Assembly: GCA_043812915.1 (NCBI GenBank)
Contig: JBDRLQ010000012.1
Span: 24,308-88,307, forward strand
Source of the DNA: Candidatus Micrarchaeota archaeon
Lineage (GTDB): Archaea > Micrarchaeota > Micrarchaeia > Anstonellales > Bilamarchaeaceae
DNA length: 64,000 nucleotides
Reading direction: 5' to 3'
The position numbers were made by a program, and so were the translations under genes. Below the pieces are notes generated by a model that was given only the letters and a program-made list of their open reading frames with translations, was not told the DNA's origin and made no database searches. Shown here piece after piece: positions 1 through 9,226 of this stretch (position 1 is its first letter; each line of letters starts with the position of its first letter).

Positions 1-884
1 TAGACAGAATCAAGGTGTTCGCCAGGGTAACCCCGGAGCAGAAGATGCTCGTCCTGGGGATACTGCAGGAGCGCGGGGATATAGTCGCCATGACCGGCGA
101 TGGGGTCAACGACGCTCCGGCCCTAAAGAAGGCGGACATCGGCATCTCCATGGGAAAAAGCGGAACGGACGTTGCAAGGGAGACTGCGGATGTCATTCTA
201 GCTGATGACAATTTCGTGAGCATCGTGAGCGGGATACGCGAGGGCAGGACAATCTTCCTGAACATCCAGAAATTCGTGTATTATCTTGTTTCCTCGAACA
301 TCGCAGAAGTGATGATCATATTCATCGGAATGCTCCTCAACTGGCCGCTTGTCCTTGTCCCGATACAGATACTATGGATCAATCTCGTTACCGACAGCAT
401 AACCGCACTATCATTGGGGCTTGAGCCGACCCCAAAGGACGTTATGGAAAATCCACCGCGCAGCCCGCAGGCGAGCATAATGACCGCGCGCTCTTCTTTT
501 GCGGTTTTATCAATCGCCTCTGTAAAGACCGCGATTGTGCTATATCTTTTCAGCAGCTTCCTTGGGGAGGGGGAGGCGGTCGCGCGCACAATGGCATTTG
601 CGGGGCTGATATTCGCCGAGAATTTCAACCTGTTCAATTTCAAGGATTTGAAGAAGCCCCTGCACAAGACGAACCCGTTCAACAACAGCTACATGCTGGG
701 GGCGCTGCTCATAACGACGCTGCTTACCATCGTGGTGGTCCAGCTGCCCGCCCTCAATCTGCTCTTCCACACAACGCCCCTTGACGTGGAGCACTGGGTG
801 CTGATTGCGGGAATGGCATCACTGGTGCTGATTTCCGGAGAAATGTACAAGAACCTTAGTTATTTCGGCATTCTCAAGGCGTGA
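1..884 (+). CDS. Cation-transporting P-type ATPase (type II, Ca2+-like), C-terminal part; 5' end outside the window
   Basis: FARVTPEQK, MTGDGVNDAPALKKADIG hinge motif, QILWINLVTD M6 motif, several C-terminal TM helices. Confidence 0.95.
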   Translation, partial: DRIKVFARVTPEQKMLVLGILQERGDIVAMTGDGVNDAPALKKADIGISMGKSGTDVARETADVILADDNFVSIVSGIREGRTIFLNIQKFVYYLVSSNIAEVMIIFIGMLLNWPLVLVPIQILWINLVTDSITALSLGLEPTPKDVMENPPRSPQASIMTARSSFAVLSIASVKTAIVLYLFSSFLGEGEAVARTMAFAGLIFAENFNLFNFKDLKKPLHKTNPFNNSYMLGALLITTLLTIVVVQLPALNLLFHTTPLDVEHWVLIAGMASLVLISGEMYKNLSYFGILKA

Positions 885-1024
885 AGCTGCTGCGGAAGGT
901 TTATAATATAGTATACACTACTATATTCCATATACAACAGATAATAGGGAAACTAGTTTTATATCAGCTTTTTAAATATTCTCTTAGTATAACTGGTATT
1001 AACTTGTTCTCCCGACGTGATATT

Positions 1025-1663
1025 ATGGACGGCAGTATGCCAAGTATGATTGATGCAAGGAAGACCGGAACGACCACTGTTGGTCTTGTATGCACTGATG
1101 GCGTTATTCTAGCCTCTGACAGAAGAGCGACCATGGGGTATTTTATCGCAAGCAAGGACGTGGATAAGATTTATCCGCTCAATGACCACCTTGCAATGAC
1201 CATTGCAGGTGGTGTAGGAGATGCCCAGACGCTCATCAGATGGATGACTGCGGAAGTGAAGCTCTATGAGCTAAAGCACGAGAAGCCAATTACTGTGGAG
1301 GCGGCCGCGACAATGCTGGCCAATATCCTTTCACAGTACAAATACTTCCCGTTCTTCGTGCAGCTCCTCCTTGGTGGCATTGATGAGAAGCCGAGGCTGT
1401 TCAGCGTTGATATGCTCGGAGGAATCACCGAAGAGACCATGACGTCAACCGGAAGCGGCTCCCCGATTGCGCTCGGAGTTCTTGAGGAGCTTTTCATCGA
1501 GGGGCGGGTAACCGAAATCAACCTTCCGATTGCGGCAAAGGCAGTTGCGGCCGCCATGAAGAGGGATGCCGCCAGCGGCGAGAATGTTGACCTTGTGCTT
1601 GTTACCAAGAAGGGATTCGAAAGGATGCCAAGGGAAGACGTGAAGAGAATCCTGAAAGCCTGA
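1025..1663 (+). CDS. psmB: Proteasome subunit beta
   Basis: Short propeptide then KTG/TTTVG N-terminal nucleophile, DRRATMG, TGSGS; ATG 1025 preferred over the ORF-track start at 881. Confidence 0.96.
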   Translation: MDGSMPSMIDARKTGTTTVGLVCTDGVILASDRRATMGYFIASKDVDKIYPLNDHLAMTIAGGVGDAQTLIRWMTAEVKLYELKHEKPITVEAAATMLANILSQYKYFPFFVQLLLGGIDEKPRLFSVDMLGGITEETMTSTGSGSPIALGVLEELFIEGRVTEINLPIAAKAVAAAMKRDAASGENVDLVLVTKKGFERMPREDVKRILKA

Positions 1664-1755
1664 GTCCTGCTGTTTTATCAGGGGACTTTTCTGATTTTCT
1701 TGCGTCATTCATTATTTTACGTTCATAAAAGGCTCATTTTTGAGCAAGAGGTGTT

Positions 1756-3654
1756 TTGTTGCACTATAAGGAGATTGAAAAGAAGATACAAGAGATTATG
1801 CCCAGCGACTGCGGCGTCACAAAAGTTGAGCCCGAAGGCCTGGCGACCGTGATATACCTTAAGGACATTACAGCGTTCTATTCAAATGACCGGCTGATTA
1901 AAGAGCTCGCAAGCACGCTCAAGAAGAAGATCACAATCAGGGTGGATCCGTCCAGGCTGATGGACCACACTGAGGCGGAGAAGATAATCAGGAACCTAAT
2001 CCCCTCAGAAGCAGAAATAAAGAGCATTATGTTCGTGCCAGAGATGTGCGAAGTGCGCGTCGAGGCGATTAAGCCGGGCCTGGTCATCGGGAAGGGCGGC
2101 TCAGTGCTAAAGGAAATCATGCTCAAGACCGGCTGGGCGCCGGTAGCCGTCCGCGCTCCGACAATGCCCTCAGTTACCCTTGACGGGGTGAGGAAGATAT
2201 CCGTCCTGGAAGCGGCCGAGCGGAAAAAATTCCTGCTTTCAATCGGAAAGAAAATCTGCCAGCCGACCCCCTCCAGCGAATGGATCCGGGCAGTCGCGCT
2301 CGGCGGATTCAAGGAGGTCGGCAGGTCCTGCCTTCTTGTGCAGACCCAGAACAGCAAGGTACTTATAGACGTCGGCGTCAACCCGGCGACCGGAGACACC
2401 TCAAAGGCATATCCCTATCTCAATCTGCTCGGGTTCCAGCTCAAGGACCTGGACGCGGTCGTTATCAGCCACGGGCACATGGACCCCATGGGATTCCTTC
2501 CCTACCGGTTAGCCAATGGCTATGAAGGGCCGGTGTACTGCACTCCCCCGACAAGGGACATCATGGTGCTTCTCCAGCAGGATTACATAAACCTGTGCAA
2601 GAAGTCATTCAACATAGAGCCGCTCTACACCAAGAAGGACATCTCCAAGGAACTGAGGAACATAATCACGGTGGATTACGAGGAAGTGGTGGACATCACC
2701 CCTGAAATCAAGATGACGCTCTATAATGCGGGGCACATTCTTGGAAGCGCGAGCGTGCACCTGCACATAGGCGAGGGCGCACACAACCTTGTGTATTCCG
2801 GTGACCAGAAATTCGGGTTCACGAGGCTATTCGAGCCTGCGAACACCCGGTTCCCGCGCCTTGAGACCCTTTTCATCGAGAGTACCTACGGCGGGCGCAA
2901 CGACCAGGGCATGAACCGCTTCGAGAGCGACCGTAAATTGACAAAAATAATCCAGCAGACAATCGACCGCGGAGGGAAAGTACTGATTCCGGTCTTCGCT
3001 GTCGGAAGGAGCCAGGAGATTCTGCTTGTTCTTGAGGAATACGCCAGGAAGAACCACAATTTCAACGCCCCTGTCTACATAGACGGCATGGTGCTCGAGG
3101 CCTCAGCAATCCACACCGCTTACCCGGAATACATGAGGGAGCAGCTCCAGAGGAGGATTCTTTCCGATCGGAGCCCATTCGAGTCACCGGTAATCAAGGT
3201 GGCCAAGGGAACCAGCAAGGAGGAAATCGTCAATGGGGAACCGTGTGTCATCCTTGCGCCGTCCGGCATGCTTTCGGGAGGGCCGTCTTATGAATACCTG
3301 AAGCTCATGGCGGACGACCCGAAGAACACGCTTATCTTCGTCGGTTACCAGAGCGCGCTTTCTCTTGGAAGCAAAATCCAGAGGGGCCTGAAGGAGGTTC
3401 CGATGACAGGGGATGACGGCAAGACCAAGGCGCTCAAGATAAACATGGAGACCGCGACCGCTGAAGGCTATTCCGGGCACTCCGACCGCTCGCAGCTGAT
3501 GGCGTATCTGAAGAACCTGCGACCTACCCCCGAGCGCATAATCACCATGCACGGCGACTGGGGCAAGACCGAGGACTTCGCCAGGGCTGCCGGCATGATG
3601 CTAAGAAAGGAGTCCAGGGCGCTCTGCGACCTTGAAGCGATAAGGCTTCGATAA
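1756..3654 (+). CDS. fttA: aCPSF1/FttA beta-CASP ribonuclease with N-terminal KH domains
   Basis: KPGLVIGKGG KH motif, LGGFKEVGRS, AGHILGSA, ESTYG, SGHSD; follows psmB as in many archaea; metal motif reads HGHMDP (see findings). Confidence 0.93.
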   Translation: MLHYKEIEKKIQEIMPSDCGVTKVEPEGLATVIYLKDITAFYSNDRLIKELASTLKKKITIRVDPSRLMDHTEAEKIIRNLIPSEAEIKSIMFVPEMCEVRVEAIKPGLVIGKGGSVLKEIMLKTGWAPVAVRAPTMPSVTLDGVRKISVLEAAERKKFLLSIGKKICQPTPSSEWIRAVALGGFKEVGRSCLLVQTQNSKVLIDVGVNPATGDTSKAYPYLNLLGFQLKDLDAVVISHGHMDPMGFLPYRLANGYEGPVYCTPPTRDIMVLLQQDYINLCKKSFNIEPLYTKKDISKELRNIITVDYEEVVDITPEIKMTLYNAGHILGSASVHLHIGEGAHNLVYSGDQKFGFTRLFEPANTRFPRLETLFIESTYGGRNDQGMNRFESDRKLTKIIQQTIDRGGKVLIPVFAVGRSQEILLVLEEYARKNHNFNAPVYIDGMVLEASAIHTAYPEYMREQLQRRILSDRSPFESPVIKVAKGTSKEEIVNGEPCVILAPSGMLSGGPSYEYLKLMADDPKNTLIFVGYQSALSLGSKIQRGLKEVPMTGDDGKTKALKINMETATAEGYSGHSDRSQLMAYLKNLRPTPERIITMHGDWGKTEDFARAAGMMLRKESRALCDLEAIRLR

Positions 3655-3661
3655 GCCCTAT

Positions 3662-4126
3662 TTATTTTTTAAGTTCCCTGGCAACTTCGTGTTGCTCCCA
3701 GGGGTAAACTACCCACCTGGTAGTTGTATCCATGAAGTAGTCCGGCTTCAGCTGCGATGCCGGCTTGTAATGCAGTGTGGCAATCTTAATCTTAGCAGCC
3801 TTCTTCCTGCGCAGGTATTCCTTGGCGACGACCAGGCTGCGCCCCGTATCAGCAATATCGTCGACAACAAGCACTTTCTTGCCCTCAACATCCTTGGAGA
3901 GCTCCTGGGTTATCTGCGGGAACTTGCTTGTCTGGCCGACCGATTTGTAGAATCCGATGCCCATCACGCCGACGTCATTTACCCCGAGCTTGTCGGAAAG
4001 AATGCGGACCGGGACAAGGCCTCCGCGGGATATGCCAACAAGCATATCCGGCACGAAGTCTATCTTTTCAGAAAGCCGCTCACACATCTGAGCGGCCTTA
4101 TCCCAGCTAAGGTAAAGAAATTCCAT
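3662..4126 (-). CDS. Type I phosphoribosyltransferase (purine salvage-like)
   Basis: GISRGGLVP, VLVVDDIADTGRSL PRPP motif, WVVYPWE. Confidence 0.9.
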   Translation of the reverse strand: MEFLYLSWDKAAQMCERLSEKIDFVPDMLVGISRGGLVPVRILSDKLGVNDVGVMGIGFYKSVGQTSKFPQITQELSKDVEGKKVLVVDDIADTGRSLVVAKEYLRRKKAAKIKIATLHYKPASQLKPDYFMDTTTRWVVYPWEQHEVARELKK

Positions 4127-4128
4127 TT

Positions 4129-6432
4129 CTATTCTCCTTCAGGCGGAAGCCCTCCAGGGCCAATCGGCCCTGATGTTGGGCCGACCGACGGAATGAGGTA
4201 GAACTGCATAGGGCCTGCGGATCCCTTGTTCCCTGCCCCATCCCTGCAAGTTACAGTCAGGGTGTGGCTTTCCCTCTGGTCTGGGGGCGTCAGCCCCGTG
4301 TGCACAGTCTGCTCTGAGCCTGTGGGGTAGGTGTCGCTCCCTGCAGTATGGCCATCGAACGCCCAGTTGCAGGACACAGAATCATACTGCGTGTCCACAA
4401 CTGTGAACCCAATTGCGAACGGGGATGCGACTTCCCCGCCCGGCTTCGGATAGGTTATCTGTACGCTCGGGCCCGACGAATCAATCCTGATTGTCACCAC
4501 ATTGCCCTTGGCCCCCTCATTTCCTGAGGCATCCCTTGCCTTAATGTAGTAGTCGTAGGTCAGCCCTCCCTTTACATCCCGGTCAGTATATGACGTCTGG
4601 TATGAGGAATGGTAGAGGCTGTAGCTTTGCCCATTGACCCTCCTGTAGATTGAGTAGCTCTTGATATCAGAGCCTTTATCGGGCCTGCTCCATGACAGGT
4701 ACACGGCACCATCCTGCAATTGCCCGTCAAGGTCAGTTACAGTCCCGGGCTTCTCGGAATCCAGGTATATTGAGGCATGGTCATTTCCGGTGCCGTAGTC
4801 ATTCTTGCACTCCACATAGACGGTTTTCCGCCCCTCTCCGGCACTCAGTGTCCATGAGATGTCCCTGCCTGTGTGCGTGAACCAGTCACCGAAATCATCC
4901 TCGCTGTTCCTTAGCCTGCATTTGCTCGCATACAGGCTATCGATAATCAGGGTAACTCTCCTTGAAGAAGTGTGCGAATCATCATTGTTTATCTCAAGGC
5001 GAACGTCGGGCGCGACAGGCGGAATCTGACTGAGGGTTATGCTCCCGATTGATGTTCCGACGGAGTTGTTGCTCCTGTCATTGCACTGGTAGTGCACCGT
5101 CTTGAGCCCGTCTCCCTGCGTCAGCTTCCAGTTCTTGCTCCTTACATATAGCTCATACGGGCTCCACTGGAGGTCCTCGTTGGAGAACCTGCACCTGGAT
5201 GCGCCGAATGCGTAAAGCCCGAGCACAACATCCCTCGTGTTGGTGACCTGGTCACCGTTGTTTATTATGACTGATATATAAGGCGGCGGGCTGGTGTCAA
5301 GGACAATGCTATCCGAGGCTATTACTGAGAGCGTTCCAGAGCTGTCCTTGCACTGCACATACACCACTTTCTCACCGTCACCGGAAGTGAGCGACCAGCT
5401 CTTCTGCGCTACATATGATGACCATCCGGTCCAGTCCACATTGTCGTTGGAGTACCTGCAGTCGGAGGCTCCATCGCTGGAAACATCCAACGTGACGCTT
5501 GTTGTATCGGTGTATCCAGAGCCGCTCTCAATGCGGACGGTCGCTGGCAGCAGCTTTGTGACCTTGAAAGAGACGCTGCCGCTCTTTCCGGTGTTCGCCT
5601 CATCGGAGCATTCCACATATAATGTGTGCTGTCCCTCTGCCGGGTGCAGCTTCACGCTGTGGGTGCTTCCTGTCTCGCTCACCCCGATGTCGAATTGGTT
5701 GCCGTCCAGGTAACCTATGCATGTAACTGTGGCCGCGCTGTCGGTCACCGTGAATGTGACATCAACGTTCTGGCTGTATTCCTGACCCTGCGCGGGGTTG
5801 GATATGGTGACTTCAGGCAGGACCGTGTCAAGCGTGATTGTCGATGACACCGGGCCTGCTACATTGCCGACCTTGTCCTTGCATTCGGCATAAACCGTTT
5901 TCATCCCGTCTCCGGAAGTGAGCTGCCAGTTGTAAGTGCCGGCGTACTCCATCCAGCCCTCCCAGGTGGTCCCGTCATTCGAGAACCTGCATGCGGTAGC
6001 ACCGTTGGCAGAAACAGTCAGCTGCACGCTTGTGCTGTTGGCGTGCGTCCCGTCGCCGTTGATTGCCAGGGTGAGCCTGTCCGGAGGCGTGGTATCTGCG
6101 GTCGCAGAAGCCTGGTTCAAGTTTCCGTCCTCGGAGCCGCTTGTAGTGACGGCCCTGACAGCATAGTAGTAAGTATCTCCGTCGATTACATCGGAGTCGG
6201 TATACTTGGTGCCTGTAAGCACCGCGGGATTAATTTTGCTGCCAAGAGATCCTTTCTCCATGCTCTTGTAGACATTGTATCCCGCAACGCTCGCAGAGGG
6301 CGATGCCCCCCAGGTAACCTCAATGCCACCCTTGACAGCTTCCGCGCTGATTTCTGCGGGCGCAGAAGGCCCGAGACAGCCCGAGAGCATCACCAAAACC
6401 AGAAGACCAATTAGAAATACCGTCTTTTTCAT
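4129..6432 (-). CDS. Surface lipoprotein with FN3 domains and repeated Ig-like modules
   Basis: MKK-hydrophobic-LSGC lipobox-like signal; FN3 signatures (GYNVYK...YTDSDV...YYYAVRAV); four CRxSN..W..W.L..G.G.K.V...C repeats. Confidence 0.8.
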   Translation of the reverse strand: MKKTVFLIGLLVLVMLSGCLGPSAPAEISAEAVKGGIEVTWGASPSASVAGYNVYKSMEKGSLGSKINPAVLTGTKYTDSDVIDGDTYYYAVRAVTTSGSEDGNLNQASATADTTPPDRLTLAINGDGTHANSTSVQLTVSANGATACRFSNDGTTWEGWMEYAGTYNWQLTSGDGMKTVYAECKDKVGNVAGPVSSTITLDTVLPEVTISNPAQGQEYSQNVDVTFTVTDSAATVTCIGYLDGNQFDIGVSETGSTHSVKLHPAEGQHTLYVECSDEANTGKSGSVSFKVTKLLPATVRIESGSGYTDTTSVTLDVSSDGASDCRYSNDNVDWTGWSSYVAQKSWSLTSGDGEKVVYVQCKDSSGTLSVIASDSIVLDTSPPPYISVIINNGDQVTNTRDVVLGLYAFGASRCRFSNEDLQWSPYELYVRSKNWKLTQGDGLKTVHYQCNDRSNNSVGTSIGSITLSQIPPVAPDVRLEINNDDSHTSSRRVTLIIDSLYASKCRLRNSEDDFGDWFTHTGRDISWTLSAGEGRKTVYVECKNDYGTGNDHASIYLDSEKPGTVTDLDGQLQDGAVYLSWSRPDKGSDIKSYSIYRRVNGQSYSLYHSSYQTSYTDRDVKGGLTYDYYIKARDASGNEGAKGNVVTIRIDSSGPSVQITYPKPGGEVASPFAIGFTVVDTQYDSVSCNWAFDGHTAGSDTYPTGSEQTVHTGLTPPDQRESHTLTVTCRDGAGNKGSAGPMQFYLIPSVGPTSGPIGPGGLPPEGE

Positions 6433-6598
6433 ATCAAACACCAAGTGCCAAATGCACTTTTTTGGGAAACAAAATTCCTCCCGTCGAATGAAAACAGATA
6501 ATCTTAATAAAAGCGATTGCTGGTCCAGAAGTAAGAAATCGGTTTATAATCCTTTCTCTGCTATACCAATCCGTTCAGCATCGACCAAGGTGAGACTC

Positions 6599-6685
6599 AT
6601 GATGCCCCTCAAGATAGATGAAGAAGAGGATTGGGAAGAAGAAGATTTCGAAGATGAAGAATGGGATGAGGAAGAGGAGGAATAG
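6599..6685 (+). CDS. Putative 28-aa highly acidic small protein (MMPLKIDEEEDWEEEDFEDEEWDEEEEE)
   Basis: GGTGA SD-like site just upstream, TTTATAAT box at ~6543, T-tract at ~6703-6710 downstream. Confidence 0.55.
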   Translation: MMPLKIDEEEDWEEEDFEDEEWDEEEEE

Positions 6686-6962
6686 TCCTACATCCATTTA
6701 TCTTTTTTTTAAGCTTTTTAGCTTGGTCGCGTTTTCAAGTAATCGAAACCAGCTTCGTCGAGCTTATCATCGTCGCATCCTCGAATCCGCCCGGTCAGCG
6801 CAAGCGCAAATTAGGTGGCACGAGAGCCCCCGCGAGGACTTGTCCTTAGAAGCAAGTATCTGATTTTCATGCATCTGGTTGCCTGGCAACAGTTTACACA
6901 AATGTGTAACTGTGAAAAACATCAGGTATTTAAGCACTTTCTGCCCTTTTCTGGTTTTAAAA

Positions 6963-7085
6963 GGGCCCGTGGCGCAGCCTGGACAGCGCGGCAGCCTTCT
7001 AAGCTGAAGGTCGGGGGTTCAAATAGCCTTTTTAACTGGTGTTCTCATAATCCAGTAGAAGGTTTAGGAAGTCCCCCCGGGCCCG
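6963..7085 (+). tRNA. tRNA-Arg(TCT) with ~48-nt intron in the T-loop (probably 59/60; 7024-7071)
   Basis: GGGCCCG/CGGGCCC acceptor stem, anticodon loop CT-TCT-AA, GGGGG/CCCCC T-stem split by a hairpin insert; 75 nt after removal. Confidence 0.9.
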
Positions 7086-7110
7086 TTTATATTCCTGAAA
7101 AGGTGGTTCT

Positions 7111-7362
7111 ATGAAGATGGATGTTTCCCAGATTTCGGAGATGTTGAGTGCTCTTGTTACCGATTCTACTATTCCAAAGAACATAAGGAAAGCCCTCTCA
7201 GAGGCAAAAGGCCGCCTGGATGGAGAAGAGGAAATCAACGTCAAGGTAAGCGCTGCTATTTATCTTGTTGAATCGATTAGCGATGACATTAACATGCCCG
7301 CACACGCCAGAACGCAGGTGTGGGCCATTCTCAGCGCGCTGGAATCAATCAAGAGGTCCTAA
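7111..7362 (+). CDS. UPF0147 family protein
   Basis: DSTIPKNIRKA, DINMPAHARTQVWAILSALE. Confidence 0.88.
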   Translation: MKMDVSQISEMLSALVTDSTIPKNIRKALSEAKGRLDGEEEINVKVSAAIYLVESISDDINMPAHARTQVWAILSALESIKRS

Positions 7363-7391
7363 CGCGCTAAGGATTTGTCGGGATTGGTGGA

Positions 7392-8825
7392 ATGCTTGAC
7401 AAACTCAGCCAGAAGGGAGTGCGGCTGTCACTGGATGCAGAAACATTGCTGATGTCCAGCGACGGCAGGGATGCCGCAGTGGAGAAGCTCCTGCTTCTGG
7501 ATAAGCCTTTTTTTAGCAAGGAAGACGTCGAGAAAGCGCTATTGGATGCCAAGAGAGTCGAAATCATCCGCCCCCGCGCCTTCAGGGCAGAGGCCAGGGA
7601 GCACTCCGCCGACGTGCAGGTAATCCACAGCAGGGATGTCACCGGCAAGTCCCGGACAAGGGGGGACGTCGGCAATTTCGTGAACTACTTCAGGAACCGG
7701 TATGAACGGCTCTCCCGGATGCTCAAGCAGAAGAGCAGCAACGCAACGCATTGCGACCTTGCCGACCTCAAGAGGCAGCTCAACCAGAAGGTCAGGATGA
7801 TAGTGCTGGTATCTGACAAAAGGGAGACCAAGAAAGGCAACCTCCTCCTGGAAGTTGAGGATCTGACCGGAACGTTCAAGGTTGTTGTCTCCAAATCAGG
7901 CAGGGATGAGAAGGCGGCCGAGCAGGCAAAGGGGATAATGCTCGATGATGTTGTCGCAATCACGGGCAAGGTGCTCGAGGCCTTCATGATTGCAGAGGAC
8001 ATCGAATGGCCGGAAACGCCAATTCTCAGGGAGCCGAAGCTCACCGAGGAGGACCTTGCTATTGCGTACCTCTCTGATTTGCACTTCGGCAGCAGATACT
8101 TCCTGGAAAAGCACCTTGATTCATTCTCCGACTGGCTGCATGGGAGGGGCAAGGCCACCGAGCTTGCCGGAAAGGTGAAATACATCCTGATTGCAGGCGA
8201 TGTTGTCGATGGGATTGGGATATATCCAAGGCAGGAGAACGAGCTTATTGTGAAGGATATCTATTCCCAGTACGGGATGTTCGACGATTTCATCGAGGGC
8301 CTTCCAGATGACGTGGAGGTCATTGTGTCCCCAGGCAATCACGACGCCGTCCGCAGGGGGGAGCCGATGCCCGCAATCAGCGAAGAGCTAATCAAGTCCA
8401 ATGTCGTGAGGGTAGGAAGCCCGTCGATGGTGAAGCTGCATGGGATAAAGCACCTGGTCTATCACGGCACTTCGATAGATTCCATGATTGCCAACCTCCC
8501 CAACGCCTCATATATGCACCCGGAGAAGGTGATGATGGAATATCTCAAAAGGAGGCATCTTTCCCCGCTATATGGGGGGAATCTCATTATTCCAGAGGAT
8601 TTGGACTACCTGGTCATAGACGATGTCCCGGACATCCTCCACTGCGGGCATGTCCATAAGAACGGCTACACCAAATACCGGGGCACCCTGATAATTAATT
8701 CCGGCACTTTCCAGGACAGGACTGATTTCCAGGTGAAGCAGGGGCATGTGCCAACGCCTGCCCTGGTTCCCGTGTATGAGACCAAATATGGCCGCCTCAA
8801 GACGCTCGACTTTAAGAGCAACTGA
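7392..8825 (+). CDS. polD1: DNA polymerase D small (proofreading) subunit DP1
   Basis: OB fold then phosphoesterase motifs SDLHFGS, GDVVDGIGIYP, PGNHD, YHG, GHVH, QTDFQ-like QDRTDFQ. Confidence 0.95.
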   Translation: MLDKLSQKGVRLSLDAETLLMSSDGRDAAVEKLLLLDKPFFSKEDVEKALLDAKRVEIIRPRAFRAEAREHSADVQVIHSRDVTGKSRTRGDVGNFVNYFRNRYERLSRMLKQKSSNATHCDLADLKRQLNQKVRMIVLVSDKRETKKGNLLLEVEDLTGTFKVVVSKSGRDEKAAEQAKGIMLDDVVAITGKVLEAFMIAEDIEWPETPILREPKLTEEDLAIAYLSDLHFGSRYFLEKHLDSFSDWLHGRGKATELAGKVKYILIAGDVVDGIGIYPRQENELIVKDIYSQYGMFDDFIEGLPDDVEVIVSPGNHDAVRRGEPMPAISEELIKSNVVRVGSPSMVKLHGIKHLVYHGTSIDSMIANLPNASYMHPEKVMMEYLKRRHLSPLYGGNLIIPEDLDYLVIDDVPDILHCGHVHKNGYTKYRGTLIINSGTFQDRTDFQVKQGHVPTPALVPVYETKYGRLKTLDFKSN

Positions 8826-8957
8826 GACTCTGACTGGTATTTACAGACGTGGGGCACCATTCTCGGAAGAAGGTTTATAAACTTAAATCACGAATAGAGT
8901 ACGACGTGATGGTGATTAGGGTTAAGGCCCGCCAATCGCCAGCATAGGGTGGTTAGT

Positions 8958-9215
8958 ATGGCCAAATATTTACTCGCAAGGCAACTCTCTGGGAAGAAAG
9001 TAGTGACGAACGAAGGCGAAGATTTCGGAAGGCTCGTTGACATGAATGTCAATGAAGTTACCGGTAGGATAGAGCACCTAGTTGTTGAACCCAACCCAGA
9101 CAGCAGCCTAGCAGACAAGATGAGAAAGGAGGACGGCATGGTCCATGTGCACTATGAGAGCGTGCTGGCCGTCGGCGATTTCATCATTGTCGAAAAGAGA
9201 AACATGACCTATTAG
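8958..9215 (+). CDS. PRC-barrel protein, CdpB-like archaeal cell-division protein
   Basis: LSGKKVVTNEG..GRL.D......TG.I..LVV and V.AVGDFIIV PRC-barrel pattern, 85 aa. Confidence 0.8.
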   Translation: MAKYLLARQLSGKKVVTNEGEDFGRLVDMNVNEVTGRIEHLVVEPNPDSSLADKMRKEDGMVHVHYESVLAVGDFIIVEKRNMTY

Positions 9216-9226
9216 ATTTCCTTTTT

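Noticed and set aside
6715..6900. Intergenic stretch with small hairpins (possible ncRNA) and weak ORFs
   Set aside because: No recognisable SRP, RNase P or C/D-box signature; an Rfam scan would be needed.
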